A stretch of DNA of 63,831 nt from the IMG/VR virus record IMGVR_UViG_3300024999_000046; one strand, written 5' to 3'. The DNA is from an uncultured virus (IMG/VR IMGVR_UViG_3300024999_000046) (taxonomy: Duplodnaviria > Heunggongvirae > Uroviricota > Caudoviricetes). How positions within the stretch are numbered: position 1 is the stretch's first letter; each line of letters opens with the position of its first letter. Positions 33,040 through 45,277 of the stretch are shown in pieces. Under the pieces are notes generated by a model. It was not told where the DNA came from, made no database searches, and saw nothing but the letters and a program-made list of their open reading frames with translations. The translations under genes were made by a program, and so were the position numbers.

Positions 33040-34038
33040 AATTATTCCTCCTTGGATTATTTTTGTATTCTATACTTATCTTTTATCTTAAAAATATATT
33101 CCTCTACAATAATTTTCCCATTTGCATATTGTTCAATTAAACTAACAGTGTATTCACTAGGTTCTAGACCTTCAATTACCATAGATGCTTTGATACTTGC
33201 TATGATTTTATTATGTTCAGTCATTTATAGAGCACTATACCATAATTCATATGTAAGTAATTGAACTTCTAATTCTTCAATAATCACTTTTAATAAATTT
33301 TCATTACCATAATATCTACTTAAATCTGCTTTCTTACCTGATCCATCTCTATGCTCACAAATAGTAAAACTATAAATGCCATCTGCATAATAAACACCAC
33401 CATATGTTTTACTTGGTTTTATTCCTTTTAGATTATTAATTGCTTCCTTGGTTGTTTTGATAAGTTGACTTAATTCTTGACCTCTTTTTAATTGTTCATT
33501 TGTCATTTAAATTCCTCCAATATTTTATTTATAGAATGAAACTGTACTTTTATTTTGGCAAATCAAATGACCTAATAGGCAACATTAAATGAATTCTCAT
33601 TGACGTTACTACAATGTCAAAGTGACCTCCCCAATTTATAATTTCACATTGTCCTACTTCTTTTACAGAATCTATGGCATTTTCTAACAACAATTTTAAT
33701 TCTTCCAATTGTTGATCATTGATATTATAAGCACTTATATATGGTAATAAATGAGAATAGTGTAGAGATTTGGAGCAAGTGCATATTTCATTTAGATGTT
33801 CATTCATTATAATTTACCACCCCATTCTACTTCTTTAAATACTTTTTCAGCGTCTCTTAACAAACCATCAGAATCAACACTCAAAACTGTAAAAACATCT
33901 GGAAAAACTTCTTCTACAAATTTAAGAGTATTTAACATTTCTCGATATGATATCATTAAAGTTTCATACAAGTCTTCTCTAATCATATTGTATTCTGTAA
34001 CTTTTTTCATATTGGCATCAAACTCCTCTTTCCTTGGA

Positions 34039-34647
34039 TTATTTATTTTTACTATCAAAATAATTGCTTAAAGATTCACCATACCATTCCCAATTATCCA
34101 CTCCTCCATTTTCTAATGCAGTTAATATTTCATCTCTATGTATAAGTTCATCATATTCTTCTTTGGAAATGGTATTTTTAGTATTTTTAACTTTAATATT
34201 GTTACCTGTAATTGCATTAATTAATTCAGATACAGAACTATTGATCTTAGATTTTACTTGGTTTTGAATATTTGAATATAAAACATTGTATAATTTATCA
34301 ATCGTTTCAGATTTGATTTCATCAATAATATTTTCCTCTGCAAGATTAAATGCATTTGTCATATCCTTACTAAATGTATCTTCATATTTCTTTTTATATT
34401 CATCTTTAATTTCTGAAATTAACTTCTGATATACCTTTTCCTTAATTTCTGTTTTAATTTCATCTCTGATTTCATATTCATCTTTATATGTAAGAGATAT
34501 CTTATTTTTCATTTCTGTTTTAACCTGATTAATTGCACTAGAGGTAATATCATCAAAAGTTGCTTCTGACATTTCTTTAATTACCCCTAACTTAATTCCC
34601 TCAAAAACCTCTTTAAAATCAAATTCAAATTTAAGTGCTGTGCTCAT
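34039..34647 (-). CDS. Hypothetical phage protein
   Basis: C-terminal 'LTALENGGVDNWEWY' motif typical of phage proteins. Confidence 0.65.
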   Translation of the reverse strand: MSTALKFEFDFKEVFEGIKLGVIKEMSEATFDDITSSAINQVKTEMKNKISLTYKDEYEIRDEIKTEIKEKVYQKLISEIKDEYKKKYEDTFSKDMTNAFNLAEENIIDEIKSETIDKLYNVLYSNIQNQVKSKINSSVSELINAITGNNIKVKNTKNTISKEEYDELIHRDEILTALENGGVDNWEWYGESLSNYFDSKNK

Positions 34648-34935
34648 TTTATTAACTCCTCCTTATTTAATAATTTTACATTATTTTGATATTTTACTAG
34701 TTTTATAGATGCGTTATTATCGTCTAAATATGCCTCATAAGATTCTTCACACCACATTCCTTCACAAGAAGAATATCCAGAAGGCATAACACAAGACTTA
34801 TGTTCTCCATAATCGGTTTGATGACAATAATCACAAATTGTTTCATCGTCACACATTTCTTCAAATGATTTTAGTATCATACTTTGCTCCTTTCTTCATT
34901 TGTATTTACCTTGAAATTCTTTTTTCGTTTGCCTA

Positions 34936-35199
34936 TTATTTCTTCTTTCCACTACCGTTACATTTTTTGCAGGTTTCGCGAGAATTACTTTGGTATCCAT
35001 CATCACAATACACTCTTCCAGTACCTTCACAATGCAAACACGCTTCATTTAACTCCATATTTACTTCTAGGGCTTGTTTGTATTTATTGATTTCTTTTTC
35101 ATAAGATTCCTCTATCTTTTTTACTTCTATAATTTTATCGTTCTTTAATTTATTAATTTTTGATTGTAGTTGTTTAATTACCTCTACCAAATCAATCAT
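34936..35199 (-). CDS. Coiled coil + DnaJ-type zinc finger protein
   Basis: CLHCEGTG, CKKCNGSG. Confidence 0.6.
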   Translation of the reverse strand: MIDLVEVIKQLQSKINKLKNDKIIEVKKIEESYEKEINKYKQALEVNMELNEACLHCEGTGRVYCDDGYQSNSRETCKKCNGSGKKK

Positions 35200-35761
35200 A
35201 TTTACTCCTTTCTTTCATTACTATCAATTCAGTTTTTTATGTTATATTTATTATTCTCCTGAATTAATGAATATACAATTATTATCATAACTAATAATCG
35301 AAAATACATCATTGTCATTACGTTTTTCACTTAAAAGTAATGCTTGCCATAACTCATTAAGTATTCTAATTTCATCCATATTTTCTGGTTTTAATGTTGT
35401 GCCATACCACATTTGTTCAACTTTCATTTATTCTTCTTCCTTTCTTAAATCCAAACAAAGGTTAATTTGATGTGATTTTGATTCCGCAATTTGAGCAAAA
35501 TTCGTCTTCTCCAAATATTAAGAGTTCATAACTGTGATCACATTTTTCTGCAAAACAAATACTCCAAGTGAAATCATCCACTCTTACTATGTTTAGTTTA
35601 AAATTTTCTTGAATATATGGATGTCTTTTTATATCATTCATTGTAAATGCATCTACTTCAATTTTTAATCCTACTTCAACTTTTACACCATATACAGAAT
35701 AAGTTTCATTGTTCATCTTATCTTATTTCCTTTCTACCCTTTAAAAGATTAGCTTTATGCC

Positions 35762-35814
35762 ATGTTATGTTTCCTGAAAGTATTGATAATAGCCACTTTC
35801 AGGAAACATAACAT
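35762..35814. repeat. Perfect 20-bp inverted repeat, 13-nt loop
   Basis: ATGTTATGTTTCCTGAAAGT...ACTTTCAGGAAACATAACAT. Confidence 0.9.
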
Positions 35815-35824
35815 TATATTTTGA

Positions 35825-36538
35825 TTAATACTTTCTTAACTCTTCCAACTTTTTACGTTTCATCTTCATAACTTTTTCATCTGCTCTAATATCCGCTTTC
35901 ATAAATGCAATATCATATCCTCTTTGAGCATCGTAGGTATCTTGAGGTAAAGGTTTAGAATATCCTCTAGAACCATCAGGAAGCTCTACAAGAGTCAATT
36001 TTCCTTTTCTAGTAGTTTTAATACCATCAACAATTGTAATAAACTCAATCTCTTCTTCTTTAATAATAGGTTTTAAAATTTCAAAATAATTTAAGAACTC
36101 ATCTTCTGAAATACCAAACCCCATTCTGCTATTTGCACACATTACAACAGAATTTACAATTTCTTTTACTTCAAATTCATCTCCGATATAATTAAATCCT
36201 GGCAATTCCTTAATTTGTTTTACTTTCATACCTACATCAATTTTAACGTTCATTTTATTTCCTTCTTTATTTTCTTTATTCTCATTGGACAAAAACTCTA
36301 AATTCTCAAATCTAAAACATAGTTTACCATTTGAATTATCAATCTCTTGAAAATTTTCGTCATAATACTTTATAGTGAATCTATGACCTCCTACACCAAA
36401 ATCTCCTTTAACTGTTCCTATTTTTCCTATGTAATCTTGAATATTCATATATTTACCAAAACCACTCCAATTATCAAAATTAACAATTTTAACTTTTCTT
36501 CCTGTATAATCTAAATCCTCTAAGTTCATATTAATCAT
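35825..36538 (-). CDS. Hypothetical protein
   Basis: ORF track. Confidence 0.6.
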   Translation of the reverse strand: MINMNLEDLDYTGRKVKIVNFDNWSGFGKYMNIQDYIGKIGTVKGDFGVGGHRFTIKYYDENFQEIDNSNGKLCFRFENLEFLSNENKENKEGNKMNVKIDVGMKVKQIKELPGFNYIGDEFEVKEIVNSVVMCANSRMGFGISEDEFLNYFEILKPIIKEEEIEFITIVDGIKTTRKGKLTLVELPDGSRGYSKPLPQDTYDAQRGYDIAFMKADIRADEKVMKMKRKKLEELRKY

Positions 36539-37745
36539 TCTCCTTCTTATAATTTAATTTCTTCTCTTTTGCCCACTGTTTGATAAAAGCATCTTCTGTT
36601 TGAGTTGGTCTTCTATTTGCAAATCCTTTTGCTTGGGAAATCGTTTTATCCTTGACTTCAATTGTAATTAATGATTCACCTAAACTTTCCTTTCTTCTCA
36701 TAAATAATATGAGAGTTTTATTATCCAAAACTTTATCAACATAACTAGCAACGCAATGAGATTGGTTTATACCCTCATCCACAATATCTACTGTTGAGGT
36801 AGGAAGGATTATTGAATAGTCTCCTTTTTGATACAATAATTCTTTCTGATTTTCTACTACATTTAGCAAAACTAAATCTTGACTGTGTTTTTTATATGTG
36901 TTGTATTTTAGCGTAATAATGTCATGATCAGTTGCTAAATGTTTGGGGTATTTTTCTTTTATTTCTCCATATAATTTAATCTGCATATCTAAATAATCAA
37001 TATATTGCTGAAGTCTATTATGATTAAACTCTCCAATTCCTTGAGTATATAAATCGTGACAAATATATTCTACAAATCTATTGAAGTTTAAACTATATTT
37101 TGCAGTCATAGTAACAAATTCTTTATATTCCGTTCCATATAAATTAATTCTTACATTAGACTCCGCAATCGCATCAATAAATATTTTTGCATTGTTAAAA
37201 TTAATAATTTTTTCAACTTGTGAAGCAATATGTATAATATCTCTAAAATTTCTGCCTGTATTATAAGTTTTTTCATAGCAATATCTAAATAACTTTATAT
37301 TTTGCTCTACTACTTCTTTGAAGTCTTTACATTCATAATTAGGTAAATAGAAGCCGTGCTTATACATTGTTTGCATTGCAGTATTGCCTATTAGTTCAAG
37401 CATTTTATCGAAATTATTACTTACCTTTGTTTTATTCCACCAATCTACTTTGTCTAAATCATGATACGATTCATTAAGTATATGGTTAAAGAATCCTCTT
37501 AGTTTTGGTTCAGTCAAAGGAGAAATTATGTCTGTTTTATTGTCTTTGATATAGAAATTACTCTGACTTACTAGGACTACTAGGTTCATATTAGATGATT
37601 TTGTTTTCTTATTGATTACAAAATCAGTGTTATTTTGTAAGATTACTTCATATTTGTATTTAGCTTGAGCAACTTGTCTCTTTTTAGGGGTTTGAACGAA
37701 GTTTGGTACTTCTACCACAAAATCTTTTACTTTTACTGCTTCCAT
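36531..37745 (-). CDS. PcfJ-like domain protein
   Basis: YIDYLDM...YPKHL..HD, 'EGINQSHCVASY', 'ILFMR', 'TIEV', 'QAKGFANR'. Confidence 0.85.
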   Translation of the reverse strand: MEAVKVKDFVVEVPNFVQTPKKRQVAQAKYKYEVILQNNTDFVINKKTKSSNMNLVVLVSQSNFYIKDNKTDIISPLTEPKLRGFFNHILNESYHDLDKVDWWNKTKVSNNFDKMLELIGNTAMQTMYKHGFYLPNYECKDFKEVVEQNIKLFRYCYEKTYNTGRNFRDIIHIASQVEKIINFNNAKIFIDAIAESNVRINLYGTEYKEFVTMTAKYSLNFNRFVEYICHDLYTQGIGEFNHNRLQQYIDYLDMQIKLYGEIKEKYPKHLATDHDIITLKYNTYKKHSQDLVLLNVVENQKELLYQKGDYSIILPTSTVDIVDEGINQSHCVASYVDKVLDNKTLILFMRRKESLGESLITIEVKDKTISQAKGFANRRPTQTEDAFIKQWAKEKKLNYKKEND

Positions 37746-37783
37746 TTAATCATTCCTTTTCTTTATTACTCATTTAAAACAGA

Positions 37784-38641
37784 TTATCTATAGGACTCCA
37801 TATAGTCCTTAATGTCTTCTTTCAAATCTTTTTTCTTGATTTTTGTAGCAATTACTTCTATAGTATTTCTCATTTCATCAACACTCCATAATTGATGATA
37901 AAACTTTCCAGTATTACCATCTTTTTTCTTAACTACCCTATAAGGTAATTTATCCTCTATGTAATCTTTATACCCTTCTGCCATCCATAGTTTTATGAAT
38001 TGTAACATAGTTTCACTGAAAAATTCCTGCTTTCTATACCAATCTTCCATATCATGCTGATGTTTATAACTATTACATCTTTTACAAGATGGTACAGAAT
38101 TTCTTAGATCATTGTATCCATCGCTCACAACATGTTCTTTATGTAGTTTTTGTTTATATATTCTTAAATGTTCTTCTTCTGTAATCCCACAGTATGCACA
38201 TTCACAACCAAATATTTCTAAACAATTATCCCATTCCTCTTTGGAAATATCGTGCTTTCTTTTATTTTTTGAATACTCTCGTATTCTATCTGGATTCTTT
38301 TTTACAAACCTTTCATGATCACTAATCATTTTTTCTCTATTATGTTCTCTGTTGTATTCCCTGTGAGCTTGATGTCTATCATTATAAGCTTGTTTATTTG
38401 CAAGATAGTGATCTGCATTCCATTTTCTTGCTCTTTCAATATTGTTATTTCTGTTTTCTCTAGCTTTATCAATTAGACATACTCTACATCCTGGAGTTAA
38501 CCCTAATTCTGGTTTTGATTTGTTTATCATATAGAAATTGTCAAATGTTTCTTCTTTCCATTCTTCGCATATAGTACACATCTTTTCAATTATATTATTA
38601 ATATTTCTTCGCTTCAACCAATATATTTCTTTTCTAGTCAA
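37784..38641 (-). CDS. HNH endonuclease, paralog of 29067..29834
   Basis: CAYCG...HKEH...NDLRNSVPSCKRCN, shared EDWYRKQEFF. Confidence 0.85.
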   Translation of the reverse strand: MTRKEIYWLKRRNINNIIEKMCTICEEWKEETFDNFYMINKSKPELGLTPGCRVCLIDKARENRNNNIERARKWNADHYLANKQAYNDRHQAHREYNREHNREKMISDHERFVKKNPDRIREYSKNKRKHDISKEEWDNCLEIFGCECAYCGITEEEHLRIYKQKLHKEHVVSDGYNDLRNSVPSCKRCNSYKHQHDMEDWYRKQEFFSETMLQFIKLWMAEGYKDYIEDKLPYRVVKKKDGNTGKFYHQLWSVDEMRNTIEVIATKIKKKDLKEDIKDYMESYR

Positions 38642-39510
38642 CTTTATTTATCACTCCTTTAACCTAAATTCATTTTGTATTTATTAAGATAATACGTTAA
38701 TTCTTGGTAATCATAGAAATCATTAATATCTCTGTATCCATTATCAGAAGATACAAGAACAAAATAAGTATCTCTTTCTGCATCTTTAAATGGTATTAAT
38801 AATCTTAATATATGTTTTGAGTTGTTTATATTTTCAGTAATTATTAATTTCCCTTCTTTATTCATTGGGATAGCATATACGCCTTTAAATCGTAATAGAT
38901 TATTCATTACATTTTCTTTGGTAATTTCAGTATAGTCAAATAAATCTTTAGTTATTTCGTAAACATCGTGTCTTGATATTTTATATGCACATGCATTTGC
39001 AATTACTTCAAATGTTTCATCATTTTTATGAAAACATGTATCACAAGTCAAACCATAATCACTTGATGAGCAATTCTTTAAATCGTAATCTACAGGACAT
39101 CCAAATTTCATATATTTTCTCCTTCTTAAAACTAAGGTGTAATATATTTATATTACAATTATATACTACACCTTAAACACAATCAACTAAACCAAACCAA
39201 ACCAAAAATCTAGCAACCTTAAATCAACTCCACTGTTACTCTAATCTTATGCACAGACAATTCTTCTGAATAATTATTTTTACATTTATTACAATAATCA
39301 GATGCTTCATCCTTAGAATTAAATTTCTTTGCTCTCATAGGATCAGTGATTAATATTGAACTTTTAATATTGTGATTGACAAATGCTTTACCTAATTCAT
39401 TACCTAAGACATAAAAAGTGTCGATATAACCGCTTAATAATCTTCTCATAATATTTACTGTCTCCTTTCGTATTGGGATACAGTAAATATTATTTATCAA
39501 TTACATATTA

Positions 39511-39540
39511 ATTATACCATAAAAGTATAATAAATTGCAA
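39511..39540 (-). promoter_or_regulatory. SigA-type promoter
   Basis: TTGCAA-18-TATAAT with TG. Confidence 0.55.
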
Positions 39541-40658
39541 AAATTATTTTCTTTGGTAAATTAAAGTTTGCAAAAAGACTTTAAATCATCTAAAGAATAA
39601 GTTTGAGAATGGCACTTGAAATCTTTGGAATTATTATCGGTTAACACAATTTCTAACATATGACCGTCTTCAATTATCTCAGATTCAGAATTAATAATTA
39701 CAACTTCGTCTCCATTTTCAAAATATTGCAGACTATCAAATTCAGGTACTTCGAAACTATAATCTATTAAAGTTTCTTTATCTAATAATCCCCATCCATG
39801 ATAATAGATTTCTTTATCCCACATGCTTTCAATATTAATGATTTTTACTTTATCACCGATTTGCATATTTAATCCTTCTTTCTTACAATTCTAATAATCC
39901 ATGGATAGTCAGAGTTCATCTGGATATTTTTACTAGCCCATATGCAAAATAAATTCCCATATCGTCATCTGTAGCTAAACAATCTCTGTTTTTGTTATAC
40001 TCCAATTTAGTAATATAGTGTCCATGAATTATTTTTCCTTCATAACCATCTTCCATAACATGTGGCATTGAAATAATATCTCCTTCTTTTAAAACATTTC
40101 CATAAATATCTTTAATTTCTTTCATTATTATCTATCCTTTCTAACACATTAAAATATTCATTTGATTGCTTGAATTATATACCCATATTTATCTTTTCTA
40201 TATTCTGCTTTAATTAAATATTCTTCCCCTATCCTATTTGCATTTTCTTTAAATTTATCAAGTTCAACAACCTCTTCTGCATAAAACATACCTTCTGGAT
40301 CATCTCTATAATCCCAAACACCACCTAACTTTTCATTTCCTTCCTCATCAATAATAATCTCTAGTGCCATACCTAACGGATGAAGAAATTGTCTATTTAA
40401 TTCTTGTAAATATCCTTGTTCTCTGAATTCTTTGATATTAATTCTTTTAACTTCAGACATTTTTACTCTCCTTTATTTATATATTTTTCTAAAACTTCAT
40501 TAAGAATTTTACTATCAATAACAAAATCATCATAATAAAGATTTGATTTACTTCTCTGCCCTCTAATTACAAATTCAGGGCAATCTTCATATGTCTCTGA
40601 TTCCTTTGGTTGTGGACGCATACTGCAAATATCCCCTATGCATTCTCTCTTATCTCTT

Positions 40659-40998
40659 TTACACCAATTCATAATATTCTTCGTCTTCATACTTGCAAAA
40701 ATCTACTCCACTTTCTGTAATTTCTCTAAATACATCTTCAAAAGGTTCTCCCCATCTGAAACAATCTCTTTCATATGGAGCGTCTTCCATAAGCATTTTT
40801 ACAAAGTATTTTTACAAAGTATTCTGCGAACTCTTGTCTTTTACCTGGTTTAACCTTTGCGAATGGACTTTCTCCATCATCAGCTATATTTTCAGGACTA
40901 TTATGAAATAACCATACTAAATCTTTTAGACTTATTTCCATTTTAAGTTTATCGTTGGTAATTTTAAATTTTAATAAGAAGTCATTAAATTCTTTCAT
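40659..40998 (-). pseudogene. Gene frameshifted by a 13-bp tandem duplication
   Basis: TTTTTACAAAGTA repeated at 40796-40808 and 40809-40821; removing one copy restores a 108-aa ORF ending ...YEDEEYYELV*. Confidence 0.8.
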
Positions 40999-41042
40999 TA
41001 TTTATTTCTCCTTTTTTTATTTTAATCATTGAGTTATTTGTC

Positions 41043-41492
41043 TTATATCTCTTCTAATCTTTTCACCCACAATTGATTAACATCATAAAACTTATCAAAA
41101 AATTCTTCCTTAGAAATTTCCACATACGATGTTCCATTCATTTTATCTACAATATTATTACCCTTGCCCCATGCACCAGAAAATATATCATCTTCATGAA
41201 ATGGCATTTTAGAGTTTTTATATGGATAATTAAACCACATAGCAGGATATTGATATTCATTAAATAATGGCGATCCATTAATCTGAACTTTAGCTTTATC
41301 AATATCTATAATTATGCAATAAGATACAACTTTTTCTCCTTTTGATTTCTTGAAACAACGACCAATATTTTCTTTGCATTTTTCTTGAAGTAGTATTTGA
41401 TATTGTTGCTCGATGGTGTATTGTTTATTTCTTAATTCTGATAATTCATTATTAATTTGTTTTCTGACTGTTTCTAATTCTTCAATTGTCAT
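41043..41492 (-). CDS. Hypothetical protein
   Basis: ORF track, SD AAGGAG. Confidence 0.6.
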   Translation of the reverse strand: MTIEELETVRKQINNELSELRNKQYTIEQQYQILLQEKCKENIGRCFKKSKGEKVVSYCIIIDIDKAKVQINGSPLFNEYQYPAMWFNYPYKNSKMPFHEDDIFSGAWGKGNNIVDKMNGTSYVEISKEEFFDKFYDVNQLWVKRLEEI

Positions 41493-42733
41493 TGTATTAG
41501 TCTCCTTTTACGATAAAGTGTATCTTCTATTTGACTAAGCATTCTTTACTTGGATCACATGATTTATAGTCACTTGGAGACACTTGATTCTTTGTACATC
41601 CATAACTATATTCATTGCTATCATGACCATAATAGATCATATCGTAATGCCCACACTTACTTGAAATTTCACTTGGAGATAAATATGTACTATCATTTTT
41701 CTTTTTAGTTTCTTCAATACATCTCCAAGCACATGAGTATTTAAGATTCTTACAAATATCGCAATTCCTATCATCTTGATAATCTCCGTAACAACGCATA
41801 CCATTCATATTATTTAATTTCTCCTTTCTTAAAAGTAATTAAAAGTTAAATTTCATACTATATTGTAATTTTAGAAACCCTTATGTAGTGCGGTTTACAG
41901 TGTTTGTTACTTTTCTAAATCCCACAACTTTTCATATATTTCAGGTGTAATGCCTTTAGATTTTAAATATTCAAATGCATCTGATATATTTCTATCATTT
42001 GGAAGATCAAATGGATATAAAGGAATTTTTTCTGAATTAATTAATTCCAATTCATCTTCTTTCCAAAGAGTTAACCCTAAACAATTTGCTTTTTCATCGT
42101 CAAATAATATTTTATAAGGATAGTCATCTTTTATAATATCAATAATTATACCAGTTTTATATAGAAGATATTTAGGATCTGAATCAGATAATTTTATAAC
42201 CTTTATCCTATTATTTACTTTAAAGTTCATATCCTTACTCATCTCCTAAATATTCATTCATTTTGTTTCTAAATTCTATGACTAAGTTCTTAATATCACT
42301 TTTCATTTGTTCTTCTGCTTTTTCTAAAACATCTCTCGAAGCTCCCTCTGCAACACCATATGTTTTCTTCAACGCTTTTTGTAATGACTCTGTATCCTCA
42401 TCAGTTGATCCATATCCATCGCTATACATATCACTTTCAAGTAATGCCCCATAAAGTAAAATATCTGTTTTTGTCATTGTCATTATTTTATCATCCTTTC
42501 TTATTTTTATTTAAATACTCCTATGCCATTCTTTTAAAGCAAGTATGAATTCTTGCTCTTTATCTGTTAGATATGTTCCATCTTCAAAAAGGCTGGAAAT
42601 TAATTCTGCTTTTAGTTCAAAAGAAGCATTTAGAAATTTTTCAAATAATTGTTGTTTTTCTTCTTGAGACAAATTATCTTCTAAATCCATTTTTTAATCA
42701 TCCTTTCTTAATGTTAAATTGATTAGTAATTTT

Positions 42734-42942
42734 CTAACCTCTAAAATATTTATCCGTTTCATCAAATGTCAAATATAATACAACATCTCCATATACTTCT
42801 ATCTCATCATCATCTGTTTGCTCACCTCTATAATAATTTCCCACTATAAAGTTGGACTATGTGGTATAGGGTTAATTAATTTCATATAACTTTCTTTTAA
42901 TACCTCCAACAATTGTTCTCTTGTCATATTTTCAAAATCCAT
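42734..42942 (-). pseudogene. Small gene with 1-nt frameshift
   Basis: MDFENMTREQLLEVLKESYMKLINPIPHS / NFIVGNYYRGEQTDDDEIEVYG...; SD AAGGAG. Confidence 0.5.
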
Positions 42943-42979
42943 TTTTAATTCTCCTTAATCCAATTGAATTGGTTTTTAA

Positions 42980-43312
42980 TTATATATTTCCTTTATTTTT
43001 TATATAATTATTAAATATTTTATTACTAACTTCCATAGATTTCTTTTGCTCAGGATTATCTGGATGATAACTTCCCAACCACTCATCTGGAGATTTCTTC
43101 TTTGCATAAAATCTATCTTCATAAGATTTAATTGCTAATTTAGACTGTAAATCAGTTTTCTCTTTGTCAGTACAGTATCCAGTAAGCGTTTCTATGCTTT
43201 TATCTGCAAAGAAAAGCAGATTTTGAGCCATAATACAAGCAAGTCTTACTTCTTCATAATCTGGTCTTTTACCATCTTTTAAATCAATAATAATATCAAG
43301 ATAACTTCTCAT
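42980..43312 (-). CDS. Hypothetical phage protein
   Basis: ORF track, SD AGGAGG. Confidence 0.65.
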   Translation of the reverse strand: MRSYLDIIIDLKDGKRPDYEEVRLACIMAQNLLFFADKSIETLTGYCTDKEKTDLQSKLAIKSYEDRFYAKKKSPDEWLGSYHPDNPEQKKSMEVSNKIFNNYIKNKGNI

Positions 43313-43432
43313 TTTTTATCCTCCTAGCAAATTGGTATTTTATGCTATTTATGTATTAGGAATATGGAGCATATGGAAGCATGAGTGAGAATGAGAGAGA
43401 TAGATTTTCATGCTTCTATATTATTTTTAGAA

Positions 43433-43906
43433 TTACTCTTTTATTTCAGTTTGCTTAATAAGTATTTCAAACAATCTTTTATCTTCTTCACTCATCTTAT
43501 TAAAAGTGTTTAACAACTCAATAACTCTTTCAATTTTATATGTATTAAGACTTTCTAAAGTTTTATTAACTTCTTTAATTTTATCAGTGATAGGATTTAA
43601 TTTATTTTTTGTATCTTCAATCTTCAAGTACATCTTAGATGATATATCTCCAATATCTTCAAATAATTTTCCTAGTTTATCATTTTGGTCTTCATATATT
43701 TTTTGAAGTTCTGTTTTATACTTTAGTGAGAACGCCTTGAATCTTAATAAATCATCATCTAATGATTCAATGTCCTGAGTAATACCTAATTTTCTATCTT
43801 TGATTAATTCATCAACAATTCTAAGTTTTTCATGATCTGAATCTAAACTCTCAAAAATAGTTTTTACCTCTTTGGACACCCATATTAATTCTTTTTGCTC
43901 ACTCAT
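43433..43906 (-). CDS. Coiled-coil hypothetical protein
   Basis: ORF track. Confidence 0.6.
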   Translation of the reverse strand: MSEQKELIWVSKEVKTIFESLDSDHEKLRIVDELIKDRKLGITQDIESLDDDLLRFKAFSLKYKTELQKIYEDQNDKLGKLFEDIGDISSKMYLKIEDTKNKLNPITDKIKEVNKTLESLNTYKIERVIELLNTFNKMSEEDKRLFEILIKQTEIKE

Positions 43907-44578
43907 TTTTGATCTTCCTTTCTTATTTAAGTTTATTTACATTTTTCAATACAAGTAAAAATTAATTCTCTAAGTTTTTCAAACTCTCTTCCAGTTAATG
44001 GATTATAATGATATTCATCATAATATCTATCTCCATAATACTTTCTCATTTCTTCTTCTACAATTAGTTTATTATCATCTACCATTTTTGGTCTTCCTTT
44101 CTTTCTGATAATTTAATAATTATCTCAATTGATTCATTCTCATGTAAAATATCAATTCCTAAAGATTCTAAATAGTTGTCTATACCACTTAAAAAGTCTT
44201 CATCTATAATTTTACCATTTTTGTCTTCTGCATACCAATAAGCATTTTCATCATTTTTAACAATTCCTTTGAAGTCTATTGTTAACATAATTTATCCATC
44301 CTTTCTTTCCCTAAAATTGTTCATTTACTTTGTTAATATTATACTTTTTATAAATATCAGCTAAATCACCTACCAGATTAAGAGCATCCCTTTGTGCTTC
44401 AACATCAAAAAGATGTTTAAATCCTATATCTTTAGCATTATTATGTTTTTTCATGTATATATTTACTACTTTTAAAATCTCATCATCTAATTCTGTAATG
44501 TATCCCATCCATGATCTCAAAATTTATCATTTCCTTTCTTTATCATATGAATTCGATATTTTCTGGTAAATTAATTAA

Positions 44579-44771
44579 TAAGGACTAACGGCTACAAAAG
44601 TGAAACAATAAGCAAAAAGCCTTTTGTAGTTTTAGTTTGACCGGAACCAGTTAGTCCTTAAACATAGCATTTAGTAAATTGAGCATTACCCAGTTTTATT
44701 ATTAATCACACAGTTTGGGATTCTGTTTCTATTGTGACTGGATCTGTTTTTTCATTCCCTCGCTCAATTTA
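44579..44771. ncRNA. Candidate structured non-coding element (two nested multi-stem domains)
   Basis: TAAGGACTAAC/GTTAGTCCTTA enclosing CTACAAAAG/CTTTTGTAG; TAAATTGAGC/GCTCAATTTA enclosing CCAG/CTGG and TCACA/TGTGA; no ORF. Confidence 0.45.
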
Positions 44772-44805
44772 GTTTATTCATAAAATATTAATATTTTTAA
44801 TTGGT

Positions 44806-45219
44806 TTACAAATGACATATTAAAATCTCAATATCTGTATCTTTGAATACTTCTTGAATAATTTCTCTAGTTTTACCCCATTGCAATCTATCCAGACCGC
44901 ATCCTATTTTTGGCATAGCAATAAATTTAATTTCTTTATCTAATGCTAATTCTCTCATCATAAGCACTGCACCTTCAAGAGAACTATAAGTAGGTTTATT
45001 CCAATACTTTGCTTTTGTAATGAGGTTATATACTCTGCCGATTTGAATACACATTGGATACTCAGGATCACATTGAAGTAATTTATTTCTTAACTTAAAT
45101 TTATTCTGAAATTCAACTGCAATTCCTGCACCCATAGCACAATCTTCTGAGATACAATGTGCTAAATAGTATTTTTTATCAACTTCAAACAGATTACGTT
45201 TCTCTTCTTTAAGTATCAT
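44806..45219 (-). CDS. Macro domain protein (Poa1p/TARG1-like)
   Basis: LAHCIS.D.AMGAGIA, YNLITK, MPKIGCGLD.L.W. Confidence 0.88.
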   Translation of the reverse strand: MILKEEKRNLFEVDKKYYLAHCISEDCAMGAGIAVEFQNKFKLRNKLLQCDPEYPMCIQIGRVYNLITKAKYWNKPTYSSLEGAVLMMRELALDKEIKFIAMPKIGCGLDRLQWGKTREIIQEVFKDTDIEILICHL

Positions 45220-45277
45220 TTATATTAATCCTTTCTATTGGGAGAATAGGTTTTACCCTATCTCCCTATCATTATTT

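Noticed and set aside
39185..39208. (AAACC)n microsatellite
   Set aside because: Only about three units in an intergenic gap; no functional support
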